63,437 nt of DNA, taken from positions 1 to 63,437 of the forward strand of contig ML002235.1 of the NCBI GenBank assembly GCA_003614675.1, read 5' to 3'. The position numbers were made by a program, and so were the translations under genes. Origin of the DNA: Dimargaris cristalligena. Lineage: Eukaryota. The notes beneath the pieces are model-generated. The model was not told the DNA's origin and did not search any database. It saw only the letters and a list, made by a program, of their open reading frames with translations. This document shows positions 1 to 12,738 of this stretch, one piece after another (the stretch's first letter is position 1; the number at the start of each line of letters is the position of its first letter).

Positions 1-497
1 GTCGGTTTTTTATCAAAGGGTCGCGGGGAGCTGCGACGAGCCGTAGCCCCGGTTGACGGGCGGCCCTTGGTAAAGCCACCGGTAAATTTCGGACTCGGCT
101 TGCCTAGCTTTCGGGGGTGGCCACCACTCCGGCCACTACTACTACTACTACTACTACTACTATTGAACGGCGGGGGTGACGGTGGCCCCGAATTCGAACG
201 GTTGAACTTCCCCGGACCGAAGGACTTGGGTCCTGACTTGGTCCAATTCGACGACGACGACGACGACGACAGTGGGGGTGGCCCTCCCGATGCCCGGCCC
301 CGCGACGTAGAGCCCGCTTTAAATTTGAGAAAGTAGGCACTGGTGGCGAACCCATGGGACCTTAGAGACGGCGTAGACCCGGGGAATAACGGCCGGAGTA
401 GAATTAAACTAGGGGTAAGTAAATGGTGCTGTTGCAAGCCACTGGCCCGACCTGGAATGGGCCGCAGGGTCGGTAACCGGGCAATATGGGACAGCAT
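1..497 (-). CDS. 5' part of a gene running off the left edge; probable mitochondrial-targeted protein of unknown identity
   Basis: GCCATG at 497 opens a stop-free minus-strand frame to the window edge: MLSHIARLPTLRPIPGRASGLQQHHLLTPSLILLRPLFPGSTPSLRSHGFATSAYFLKFK..., an R/L/S-rich, acid-free presequence with an R..FATS-like cleavage region, then S/G/P/K low complexity. The ORF track misses it because there is no stop in the window. Confidence 0.7.
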   Translation of the reverse strand, partial: MLSHIARLPTLRPIPGRASGLQQHHLLTPSLILLRPLFPGSTPSLRSHGFATSAYFLKFKAGSTSRGRASGGPPPLSSSSSSSNWTKSGPKSFGPGKFNRSNSGPPSPPPFNSSSSSSSSSGRSGGHPRKLGKPSPKFTGGFTKGRPSTGATARRSSPRPFDKKP

Positions 498-1173
498 GGC
501 ACGTTGGAGGGGTAGGGTGAAAACGTCGGATCAGGAGCTTTGGGATCTCGACTGGTAGAGTATTACGCGGGCCAGGTTTAAAATTAACGAACGACAATGT
601 ATAATTCACAACTTAATGGACATGTCCTAAGGAATCGGGGCCAATAAATCCACTAGGAGCAGTTAGTTGCTGGGGAGATCTGGATTTACTAGAAAAAAAA
701 CTAAACTTAACTTTGTAGTGCGCAGCACCGAGAATCCCCTGGTATTTAATATTAATTGCATAGAAAAACTAGGCGAGTGTGTCCTTTTAGCTTGTAGGAA
801 TATCCATTGATCTCCAGCCAACCACGATTCTTTACTAACCTTAACGACACAATGAGGGGGGGAGGTTGCTATTTTCTGCAGCCTTTAGTAGATACCCCAG
901 GCAATCTATATCAGCGGTTTGTGGCTATTTATTATTCGGATTCATTGAAATCGTATATCCATGATGCATTGTATAATTAGCACTATACTCTGTCGCCATT
1001 AAGAAAAATCATAAAGATCGCAGCAATTGGCGGCCAGTTTTGTATGGTGTACACTTCCATGTCGATAAACCGGGCTTTTTTATATAGTAACGCAGCTCTC
1101 CATTATTTCGTAATCGTATTCATCGGTAGGTACTGTATTAATGGGGGTCGTCGGTCAGGTCCCGGCATACCTA

Positions 1174-2858
1174 TTAGTCAAAGGGAATCCGGGTGCCCGT
1201 TTGCCGCTGTTGCCGAGCGGCACCAATGGCCGAGGGAATCCGCATCCCACAGCAGGTGGGGTGTTCCTGTCCCTTGGCGTGAATATGTTCGAGAGGATCC
1301 TCCGAGGTGGAATCGCCTCCTTCGCTGTGGTGGTTATGTTCGGGATTATCGGTGTGATGGTAGTGTTCTCCACCCACGTTGAGGCGGATTTTCTTGCCAG
1401 CCACAATGGTGTAGGTATGGCCATCCTCGCCCTTCACCAATGGCCGACCTCCGTAGGAGACCAGCGGGACCACCAGGGCCGGGGCGGCGGAAATGGGACT
1501 GGCGTTGGGTACATTGAGGGGGGTGTCATCGAGTTGCGAGCCGGGGCCGCCGTCGTCGCCAGAGGGGGCGTCGTATTCGCCGGTTGGTGTGAAGGAAAGC
1601 AGAGTGCCGAACATAAAGTGTTGCATAATGGGCAATTTGCCCAATACTTCGGCCTTGTACATTTTCACCATGCCTGAGTTGACCTTGTCCCAAAGTTTGA
1701 CCCCGCTGATATCGTCCAGCATAGGCGAATGCCACCTTAGCGAGGCGGTTTTAACCTAAACGGGGGTTGTTGGGTATGTGGTGATGGACATTATTCAAAA
1801 TTCGTCAGCCTTTATCTTCAATCCTCTTTCCTGATCACATAGCGAACTGGAACAACCCCCTAGTATAGCAACCAGGCTTACGGGGACTGTAGTAAACCTA
1901 AATGACCGCGACCTACCTCATTGATGAATTTAATGGATGCCAGGTACATGTAGTCCTTGGCGAACTCATCCACGGTTTCCTTGTCATGAATCGATTTGGG
2001 TTTAATATACTTATGCCCGCACAGCTGGGCCGACCCGAACAAGAAGGGCAAAAAGTGGTAGTCGTCCAACCCCCACACTCCGTGGGACCCCGCCGGTTCC
2101 AGCCAGTAGCTAAACTGGAGTTGGCGCATCAGTTGCAGGTACCGGAAAAACACCCGCAGAACGAGGGCGGGGTAGGCCGGGGGGCGGATGAGGTCCAATT
2201 CGACCAGACCTAGGAGGCCGGCCATGAAATTGGCCTCGTGGCCCGTGCCGTAGTCAATGCGCTCCCGGTTCCCGAAACTCTCGCCCAGGTACTGGCTGAT
2301 TTCGGAAACCTGTTGCTGCTGTTGGCTTTGTAGGTCAGCCGAGTCAAAGGCGGGTGCTTCGGATCGGACGAGGGGGGCCACCAGGGCCGGTAGCTGGGCC
2401 TGGGCCTTGTCGTAAAAGGTGCGGAAGGCGGGGTTACCGAACCGACCGTCGGTTTGGAGGGGCGGGGTTTCCTCGGCCAGCTTGGAGATGGCATCGAGCA
2501 AGGCCACCAGTTTCGCGATTATCTATGAAATGGGACAAAAAGCAGTGGGGATACGGGCGAATTTAGGATATAGACCGCCATATTCTCTGGGGGGGACTGC
2601 TAATCGGGTCAGGCAGGCGGGGAGGTTAGCAAGCGGATAGACACAATTAACTAGCAATCGGTAAGTGGTACGGACCTGGGGCTCGGGACATTGGTCGGTC
2701 AATTTCTTACCGCGGACCGACTCGTTCAGGTCGGTAATAAAACCCATGTACCGGCTGTAGGTTGGCGACTGTTGGAACTCGACCAGGTCTCCTTTGGTCA
2801 GGATGGCCTTTGCTAATGGGACGGGATGACCCGGGTCGATGGAGGTGGAATCGGCCAT
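1174..2858 (-). CDS. RRD2: Phosphotyrosyl phosphatase activator (PTPA), RRD2/Ypa2 type; exons 2676-2858, 1917-2522, 1174-1755 (about 456 aa)
   Basis: Motifs [78 protein letters not shown]-terminal H..CCG.RIPS tail typical of the RRD2 class; GT-AG introns keep the frame. Confidence 0.93.
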
Positions 2859-5220
2859 GGTAAAGCGAAGGTGGGGTAGTTTTGAGTGAAAGACGGAATG
2901 TAATATAAGAAATGGGGTCAATGGTAAAATAGAAGAGGCCTAATAACCAAGGAAACGGCCAACGGGATGGGTAAAGAAGGACACGGTTGGTTGGTTGCAA
3001 GTGAAAAGAAGGGGGAAAGCTGCTGCCTTCACCAGTCCTCCGGAGTAAAAGGATCGTTTAAACTCAGTGGGTGTGGCTGGTGAATGTCGAGTGTTGCTTT
3101 CCTGGCTTCCCGCTGTTTAGGAAATCCTGCTTCCCCCCTTGACTGACTGTCGGTCGTGGTGGGAGAGAAGGGCTGGGTGAAGGAGGATCGACTAGTTAAT
3201 GTTCCTGTCCAATACTATTCACAGTGCAGTCCACGCAGCATAGCAAAATCGAACAATTGGGTTTAATAAGTCTGGCTGTTCCAGCCCATCTTCTAAATAT
3301 ATCTCAGTAGACCTATATATCAATATATTATCAGGTTGGGTAAAGACAGTAAGTAAGTTGAATTTTGGCTGGTCACCAGTGAATAGTATTTATCAAGCGG
3401 AATAAAAGTTCTCATGAGACATGGTCTTTCGGCTGCTTCTTTAGGCGCCGCTTTCTCTGACCATTCTGGGGAAAGTATTAGCGTGGTATGCCAAAGCATC
3501 AGTGATTGCATTATACTGTATATTACTCAGCAATTGAATAATAGCCACCTGACCCAGATCTACAGTCACGAACTCCGATGGTCTACAGTTGCTGACAATG
3601 GATCTTGGTAGAAAAAAGGGAGGTGTTATTCAGCAAAATGAGTAGTATGCGGGAAATATCACTTGCCAGTTTAGGCAGCGCCCTTTATCATGAGTAATCC
3701 TCAATGGGGCACCTTAAGTAAATTAGTATGTCTGAAATTTGGAAAGTGATAGTTCAACCGGGAAGTCAGTAGTAACAGTGGCAATGAGTCCGACTGTTGA
3801 TGGTTGCAATCGTATATATGGGAGAAGTTCATTCAGGCTGTATAACGAAAAATCCATTGGATGAGGCCAATATTACTGGCTAAAGGCTATTTTCACATAT
3901 GTTCGCCCATACACGTATTATGTAAAACCTTATACAGCTGGTTTGAATTTCATCCATATTATTTACCATAGACAGGCAGATTAAATCTGCTTTAGCGGGA
4001 TATGTCCCATGGTAAGTATGGGTGGACTCCATCAGAGTGCTGAGTGAGGGCAGTCATATAGACAGAGACAGGTTTGAAGGAAAATGGGTTCGTAGTCAGT
4101 GAACCGGTATGCCGACCGCAGGAATCGAGGGAAAAGACGTAATGTCCACCCCAGCGAATCCACTCCGCTAAGAATTTGTACGAATTGGTTGGTACAGAAA
4201 CGGCCGGATCAAATTTCCTCCATTTGTAGTCGTCAGCATTATGCCCAAATATTGGCAATTACTAACCCGCAAGCCGACTTTCGGTTGCTACAGACCCATG
4301 TCCCATTAAACGAGGCTTCTTTCGTATCGATCCATTTTCTACTAGATACACCATGCTTCCAAGGAGGCCAGTGTCATTATTGTAGCCAAAGCCCAAAGTG
4401 GCCCAACCTAGGCCCCCTGCGCTATTTATTTGAGCGGCGGAAGGGTAGACGGGATATACTGGATTTGCCATTCCAGCATTGGTTATGGGGTTTGGTCATT
4501 TGCGGGGTTTCAAAGGTTATATTTAGTTAATATCCAACCACTATTATTTACCCAAGGGGCGGAACTCCCTGGCTGACATCGGCTTACCAATGTCCGCGTA
4601 ATCGGCCAATCCATCTGAACGCTTATCTACCGTAGATTAACCCTTATTGATGGGAACCATTTGGCAGGTTCCACCCACCTTTAACTCCACTACCGACCGA
4701 CTCGCTCGCTACTTCCCACTCAGATCCGACCAACAGGCATCCCTATGTAATGGTAGTGAATCGTCAGCAGCTCGAGTATATGTCAACTGTTTCAGACCCT
4801 CTTAAAACCATAGTTTCAGACACAAGGGGGTGTGTATCTATTTCACCACTCCGCCTCCCCTGGGTAATTAATTGGGCTTAGGCCTACATTCCTTCTTACC
4901 CGCACCAGATAGCAAGGGCTGGTAGAGCGATATCTGTAATGCCCCTCCTATAAGTTGACAGTCACTCTGTGCCATCCTGTACGTCATCCCTCTTTCTCCA
5001 TTCCCAGCGGCAGTAAACAATTACCCTGTATATCTTGCCCGTTCTACCACCGCGAATTCTCAGACGGCAGATTGTCTCTTTATTTGGGGGTCCTCATTCC
5101 CTTGTAACCATAGTTTCCCGAGCGGGCGTGGCCCACTATAGACCCCACCTTCTAAAAGGACTGAACCTCACTTAGATAGCAAATCGCTGGTACTGCCGTT
5201 TCTGTAACATATTGCTACAT

Positions 5221-5230
5221 TATATAAAAG
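5221..5230 (+). promoter_or_regulatory. TATA box of the GH15 gene
   Basis: TATATAAAAG about 140 nt upstream of ATG 5366, followed by a pyrimidine-rich leader. Confidence 0.5.
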
Positions 5231-5365
5231 GCTGACCAAGTCTCCCGCTTGGTAAAAGGCTATTCTTCACCAGTTTCAGGTTAATTTCGCCAACCCTTCT
5301 TTTTATTGCCCTGTTTTCGCTTCTATAATTAATCACCGGTGCAACCCCCTCTTCTTCCACCCACG

Positions 5366-7947
5366 ATGTCGCACGACGCCCGTCTGGCTCGCAAGAGCGG
5401 CAATTCCACCGAGGAGCACGAGAAGGCCCGTCTCGACTACGGCTACCTCCCCATCGAAGACTATGGCATCATCGGCAACCTGCGCACTTCCGCCCTTTGC
5501 AGTATGGACGGTGCCATCGACTTCTTCTGCTACCCGGTCTTCGACAGCCCCTCCGTGTTCGCCCGTTTGTTGGACAAGGACAAGGGCGGTCACTTCTCCA
5601 TCTGCCCCACCACCCAGACCACCAAAAAGCAGCACTACCTTCCTAACACCAACATGCTCAACACCAAGTTTCAGTGTGAAGAAGGCGTAGGGGAAATCGT
5701 GGATTTTATGCCCCGGCCGAATAACTCCGGTCTCATCAAGAAGTTGCCCCTGCTGCCGTGGCTGGTTCGCCGAGTAGGAACGATGCGTGGTACCCTGACC
5801 TACAATATCGAGTGCTTCCCCGCGTTCAACTACGCCCGGGACCCGCACACCACGGAAATCCTACCCGCCACCAGCAACGGCGGCAACGGGGGGACGGGCG
5901 GGGCCTACACGAATAGTACCCTTCTCATCCCCAGTTCCAGCCAGCACCTCTTTTCAGGGGTCAGTTCCGACGACGTGGAGTTTTCCTCCAAGGTCTGTCC
6001 CGAACGCGTCGTGTTCACTTCCGCTAATTTGACCATGGACCTCCGCTGTGTCATCCTCAGCAAAGAAGGCCCCTGCCCCGAAGTGAAGTGGACCATCGTT
6101 GACCGCAGTGAGTCGGGTCACCTGGGGCCCGGGGTGCAGTGTGACGTGGAATTGAACGAGGGTCAGGAAATTTACCTGATTCTGCGGGAACCGCCGCACT
6201 CCCAATCGCAGTGCCATCAGGTGGTGGATCCGGTCATGCAGCAAACCGAAGGCGTACCGGAGTTCACTTTTATTGACCCGCCGCTGTCCGCCGATTTAAT
6301 GACGTTCTTATTCGCGCAGACCTTCGTGTACTGGTCGAAATGGATCGGCCAGTCCACCTACAAGGGCCGGTGGCGCGAACACGTCAATCGCAGTGCACTG
6401 ACGCTCAAACTCCTCACCTACGAACCCACGGGGGCCGTCGTAGCGGCGGCCACCTTCTCTTTGCCGGAGGACATTGGGGGCACCCGGAACTGGGACTACC
6501 GGTTCACGTGGGTCCGCGACTCCGCCTTTACGCTGTACGCGCTGATGCGCCTGGGGATGACCCAGGAGGCCCACGCCTACATGGGTTTTTTGACCAAACT
6601 GTTCGCCGACCGTAATCCCGACGGATCGCTGCAAATCATGTACACCATCCACGGTGGCAAGGAGCTGGAGGAAACGGAACTGCACCACCTCGACGGGTAC
6701 CGCGGGTCCAAGCCGGTACGCATTGGCAACGGTGCGGCGGACCATTTACAGCTGGATATTTACGGGGAATTGATGGATGCCATTTATCTGTATAACAAAC
6801 TGGGAACCCCCATCGGGTACGACATGTGGTGCCAGGTGCGCGAACTGGTCGACTACGTCTGCCAAAATTGGGATCGCCAGGATATGAGTATCTGGGAGGT
6901 GCGCAGTAGTAAGCTCAACTTTGTGTACTCTAAAGTCATGTGCTGGGTAGCCATTGATCGAGGTAAGTAATCCTTTTCGTCCTTTAACTGCTCTTCGTCT
7001 TTCTTACACCAGGGTATAGAACCGGCTATACTTATTAGGGTGATCCTGTCAAAGGAAACTGGGGAAGGCCTCCAAGCTGAGTCCGTATATTTCAACAGGT
7101 ACCTTAAACCTAATCTACCTCCAGACCTATTTAAACATGGCGAAATCCTTCTCCCCCTCTCCCATATTGCATCTCTCCGTGTATTCCCCCAGGTATTCGG
7201 CTCTCGGAGAAGCGCTGCCTGCCTCTCCCCCAGCGCGATACCTGGTACCGTATCCGCGACCAGATTTACGAGGACGTGATGACCAAAGGTTGGAACCCCG
7301 AACTCAGAGTGTTCCGGCAGGCCTACGAAACGGACGACACTCTGGACTCGTCCGTTCTCATCATGCCCCTGGTCTTTTTCATCAGCCCCGTCGATCCCCG
7401 CTTCTTGAACACGGTCCGTCAAATCCTAAAGCCCCCTGAAAAGGGTGGACTGACTGCCAGCAACTTGGTCTTCCGATGTAAGTACTTTGGATATATATAT
7501 ATATATATATATTCCTCTCTTATGAATGGAGTATCGCTCAATGGTTGAAAATAGCTAGTAGAAATCTCCATCTTTGGTTGAATAATCGTTCTTTAGCAAC
7601 ACTAACCCAGTACTCACCCACCTGTCCCATATATATACCAATATACTATCCCTTTATCATTAGACAATCATCTGCGCTCGACGGACGGTATCGAAGGACG
7701 CGAAGGTAGTTTCTCTATGTGCACCTTCTGGTTGGTGGAGGCACTTACCCGCGCGGGCAAGTACGATGCCTCCCTGTTGCACAAAGCCCACAACATCTTC
7801 GAGAACATGATCGGCTACTCCAACCATCTGACTCTGTATTCCGAGGAAATTGCGCGCAGTGGGGAGGCCCTGGGTAACTTCCCCCAGGCCTTTACCCACA
7901 TTGCCATGATCTCGGCTGCGTACAACCTGAACCGGGTTCTAAGATAA
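5366..7947 (+). CDS. Glycoside hydrolase family 15 (bacterial-like trehalase/glucoamylase subtype, no signal peptide); exons 5366-6962, 7193-7477, 7664-7947
   Basis: [11 protein letters not shown]-terminal domain, [63 protein letters not shown]...[10 protein letters not shown]; splice phases consistent. Confidence 0.92.
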
Positions 7948-9346
7948 TTCGATGCATCTCTTCTATTTGTATGCTTTAGCATAGTTTCCCAGGCGTGCCT
8001 ACCCGCATACCCACCCCCCGTTTAGTATCGTTTGTATGGCTAAGCGAGACACCCCCCCCTCTGCTTTCTAGCCATTATCAGAGCACAACATCTACGAAAG
8101 GCTTTATAGTTTTTCCCGGTATACTTCTGTTCTTCAGTCCTACGCTCGAGTCAATGTTTAAGTATTGAATCAGAATATGCTTAACTCAGCAAACATTTTT
8201 TTTAATACACAATTAGTGTAATTGAATCCCTTATATTGTAAGCAGGCAATTAAATGGGTAATCGTTAAACATAGCATAACTTTAAAATCTAAAATGCTCA
8301 ACCATTGGGAATAGTGGTGATAGTGGGAAGGAGGTATACAAGTCATAAGAAAAGCAATAATAGAATGCCGGAATAACCTCATGTATGGGTAGGTATACGG
8401 CCCCGAACTCAGATCATAGACCAATGCTATCAGATAATGAACCTATTCGGTATACTAGCACGGCTTAAAAGTCAGTAATTAGCCATGCTCTTATTTCAGC
8501 ATCCGCCCATGCGTCCTCTTCTGGTCTAGTGAGTGTTGAGAAATATGTCCTTATGGGTCTACTATTCTCTCCTGTTGCTGACCAATTACGTTAGTTTATT
8601 TAGTTATCCTTTGGCCATTCGTTTTAACCATTTAAAATACGCCCTGCCGACTACACTATTCAATAAAACTAACCACTTAGAGGCATACGCCATCCTCTAG
8701 CTGATTTCCTCCTTTCTATACAACTTTATTGATACATCTTTAGTGTTTCCAACAGATCAGGTATTAATTTTCTAAGCCTGACCAGTCTAGTTCTGTATAA
8801 TAACAATGGATCCGAAATAGGGATTAAAGGACCCATAGATGAACCTAGAAAGCATGAAAGCCAAATTGTGTTCGGAATCTATCGCTCCCGTCCCACGCAG
8901 GTTCATTATTCAGGCCAATTGGCACATGTCTAGGGCATCACTTTACGTTGATTATTATTTTATAAATCTATAACTAACCCAATTATACTAACCATGGGCA
9001 GTTACCATTGTCAATTGCGGCTATCTCTCTCCTAGGACATTCTTTTGAATGGCTATAGGTAGACCCCAAATGGTAATGGTGGAAAGGCAAACCCAAGGCA
9101 AAAATACACCAACACTCTCAGCGTATAGAATATGACATTACGAGGGTTATGATTCCCATAGTAATCGGGCGGACATGGTTTATTCAGAGAACCTGGGAGA
9201 GTAGGCAACAGCAGCAAATGAACATGTCGAACGGATTACAATAGTAGCAGATACTAGTCCCGTTTATTATGTCACTCGCGCTGGATTTTTGGCATCGTAG
9301 GTAGTACGCGGAGAGCTCTCCTACTGCCCGGTAAGGCATCGTAGTT

Positions 9347-9610
9347 TTAGCCTTTGCAGTACATTTTATGACTACTGATAGTTTTCGTTGGGTAATAGCC
9401 ATGGCATATGCTGCACTGAGTCTCGCTAACTTTTACAGGTTGTTGGGAATAGTTGCGAGGAAGGGAATGGACTGAGCCCAGCTGGTTGGTTGCCGACGAA
9501 ATCTCGCCGTGGGTTGAATCCATGCCGATGGGCTGGGCGTGGTTGAACGGGAGGGCAGATAGGCTAACAAGGGCGGTGGCCAGGGTGACCAGAATAATGG
9601 AGTGATTCAT
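9347..9610 (-). CDS. 87-aa secreted protein with C-terminal C-x2-C-x11-H-x3-C zinc finger; candidate effector
   Basis: CCCACCATG start; hydrophobic signal peptide MNHSIILVTLATALVSLSALPFNHA; CSICHGYYPTKTISSHKMYC at the C-terminus; TATAAATAG about 95 nt upstream. Confidence 0.75.
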   Translation of the reverse strand: MNHSIILVTLATALVSLSALPFNHAQPIGMDSTHGEISSATNQLGSVHSLPRNYSQQPVKVSETQCSICHGYYPTKTISSHKMYCKG

Positions 9611-9703
9611 GGTGGGCGGTACCTGTGGAGGTCGGGGAGGTTGGCTGGGTTCAATAGCAAATAAGAGCAGTATGAGTTTGGAGATGATGCGGAAATGCAC
9701 CCT

Positions 9704-9712
9704 CTATTTATA
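9704..9712 (-). promoter_or_regulatory. TATA box of the small secreted zinc-finger gene
   Basis: TATAAATAG on the minus strand about 95 nt upstream of ATG 9610. Confidence 0.55.
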
Positions 9713-11664
9713 GGGGTTGGCTAGACCTGAGAACGAGAGGGAAAGGGGGAAGCGACAGTCCCAATGTAGTCCCGACTTTTTAAGCGACCCACTCACCTGT
9801 ATTTTATGTTGATATGGCTACTCAACTTTGAATTTCTATACATGTGGGGTTAACCATTGTTATGTCTGTGGCCCAAGTGTCTTGCTGGCTGTTTGGGGGG
9901 GGGTATGCACTACTGTATTTTCAAGAAACCAACGTGTTTTCATCTATAGTTTAAAGCGAGGAACTCCTCTCTCTTTTGCAATCTCAATCCCAACTAATTA
10001 AACAAGGGTGTACTTGACATTCCATCATAGTAGAGCAACTCGCCTCCACCTTTTTAGGACTGTGGAAGGTAGCTTATCCGGTGTAGTTTAAGCAGGCCCG
10101 TCGGCTTTCCATTCCTTTCCGCATCCATGGACTCTTTGATTGGGGCGACTTGCGTTTGATGCAGTGTGGGTACTCCCAAAGAATGCCACAAGAAAAGTTT
10201 GTACGGCCATGTCCATTCCCATGCACTATATAGTCTGTTTAGGTTTGGAAAACGTAATTAAGCTGAGTGCCCTATTGAAATCTTATGGTCAAAACAAAGG
10301 AGTATCTCATTCACTAGATTCCCCATCTCTGGAAATACAGGTGGCTTGTTCATTGGCTTACATGTGGCCTGCCTTGAAGGTGATTTCAACAGGAAAAAAA
10401 TACCCCTTTGGCCCATGTATGGGTCTAAATTTGAGTCACTGGTAAACATGGTTGATTAGTTGCTCAATAATATAGCTAGGATTTGAATTGTCGAGATTCT
10501 AGAACCACAGAAAATCGGCCTATATGTACATACGTATACTGACATTTACATTCAGACACTAGCCAGACCCTCTTCACCTAATATTGATAGGAAAAGACAC
10601 CCCCATTGGTGATGCCATTGTATCACTCCTTTTATGTTAGAGTTTGCACTATAGTGGTTTATGTAAGTACTCTTAGAAGGTCCATTTTGGAAAAATATGC
10701 AGCTTGTATAATACACCCGTATTTCCCAAGAAACCTTAGGAACCATGCTCTATACTCCTTTATCATTAGCACCCTTATCTTTTTGACCCTTCCCTTCGTG
10801 TAACGGTACTGAGTAATTCACCCATGGCGATTCATGGGATGGGGGACATACCATATGCCCCACTTAGAAAGTCGATACCAGACTGGCCCGACAGCCAAGG
10901 CAAATGGGCCGCGAATGCTTTTCCTTCCGAAGGCGTGACACAACAAGAGGTGCATGCGTTTTCCAAATTGGGACAAGTAAGTCTGAAATTGACTAGTAAA
11001 CAAGCCCAAGTTGACAGACCAAAACATTTAGAACGCAAACCCACTTAGTCCTTTGTATCAGCCGTTGTGTATATCTTTTGAAGAATCAATTAAAGCCCCT
11101 AGTTTAGAGTCGGCTTCATAGTAACTATCAAGCTAAGCTGCTAAACCGAAATTTAACCGACATGTTTCCCCCCAGTTCACCATACATTCTCCCCAAAACA
11201 CTGTCAAACAGAGTGCTCCCGGAGCTGATTTATTCAACAGCCATCAACCATTAGCTCGAAAAGAAGACAGTGAATTACACTCACAATGGTGTATTTACTA
11301 CAGGTCTCTGCGCGGAAGTGTTTTTAGGCCAGCTGCTATTCATCTGGTCAGCCTGAATTTAAATAAATGGCCCGGGCCTAGACTATGCTAATATTGGGAA
11401 CCCCAATTATTAGTTGCTATGGATGGTCTCGGGTGAGTGACTATCCTGAACTGATAATATACGAGGCCAATTTAACTAACCTACGTAGGATTTTAAATTA
11501 AATGTTCATGTGTGTCGTGGAGTTAAGCCCTGGTGAATGACGGGAGACTTACTCCTAGAAGGAGCGACCTTCAGAGGATGCTTGGACTAGGGAGCTTGAT
11601 GTCCTTTCTTAAATAGTAATAGTGGCAGATATCAAATATACGGACGAGTTAACTAAGTAATGCC

Positions 11665-12181
11665 TATAGGAACCGGTTAGGCTTTATATAGTTAGGCAGA
11701 CCAAAGATAAACGTGCCGAACCGGAACAGAACATATTGGAAGATATTACGGAGGGACACCCTGGAGAAGGTGGGATGGGTATCACTACTGGGGTCAACCC
11801 AGAACCGACTTCCGCAGTCGGGCTAGGGTAATAGCCCCACTTCATAATAACAAAGACTACCTACTCGGCCTCTTCGACCATTTGGTTACCTCAACCTCCG
11901 ATATAAAAAGGAAGGATAGTTCAGCATATCATTAGCCTCCAGATGACCATTGTCCCCATTTGTCCAGAACCTTTACACGTTTTACAATCGCCCAACTCTT
12001 TTACTAAATGTATTAATAAGTTCTAGTATATTAGTTAGAAACACTCGCTACTCTCGTTTACCAATACTTACACGCTTCCTCGCAGGTACTCTATACCATA
12101 TTTGGGTCTACAGAGTATGGACACCTGGGTTATCACTAAGCCGTAGTCCTGGAACAAGCCGCGCCGGTATTCATTCCTACA
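11665..12181 (+). mobile_element. Possible solo LTR (different family from the 34.6/41.4 kb repeats)
   Basis: 517 bp bounded by TATAGGAA...TTCCTACA (8-bp inverted termini, one G-to-A change from TGTAGGAA); internal TATAAAAAG at about 11902; no convincing ORF; no TSD found. Confidence 0.4.
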
Positions 12182-12738
12182 CCAGCTAAGCTTTGATATC
12201 GCCAGCTCCAACCTAGATTCCCCCTATCGCAAATTTACTTATTGTACAATGGTATAGGTGTTGGAAATGCATTCCCCCCCCCCCGAGTGCCATTTACTGT
12301 ATTGGACTATTGGAGCGATCTTATTGGCCCAAATTACCTCTAATAAATACTATCGCGATGAGCTTAATTCTCATCTTGCGGTTCTTTCCTACTTCTATCT
12401 ATTTGTGACATAAGCTTTATTATCAATCTCGGATTATCATCTAAGAGAGAACTTGCGGTTATTCCAACAATAGGTGAGTCAATTCGGGTTGTCTATGTAT
12501 TGGGTTTATAAGCAAAGCGTGGCCCAACATTATACAAATTTGAATGAGCTAGCAAAGTTCAATTAGGGGATGTGTTTTTATTCTTAATTTATTGGGTTTG
12601 ATCTAATAAACGGGGTTTTCGTTGTACAGCTGGGTCGAACTAATCCCATATCGAAACATAGTATGGGTCAGGGTTCACCCGTTCAAATGGAATCATCTCA
12701 AAATACAGGCACGATAAATACTAGGGCAATAATCCGGG

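Noticed and set aside
67..558. ORF-track calls with poly-Leu, poly-Asp and poly-Arg/Val; possible inverted or complemented segment
   Set aside because: All explained as shadows of the partial minus-strand gene starting at 497, where the triplet repeats encode poly-Ser.
3992..4471. Two in-frame minus-strand ORFs as a pseudogene or readthrough gene
   Set aside because: Separated by tandem TAG TAA stops, with no recognisable domain.
9184..9402. Cys-rich ORF (CYYC...CCCC) overlapping the zinc-finger gene
   Set aside because: Alternative frame over the 3' end and UTR; no signal peptide, splice or start support.
10140..11048. Short ORFs in the 10-11 kb interval
   Set aside because: No domains, signal peptides or splice support; typical intergenic noise.
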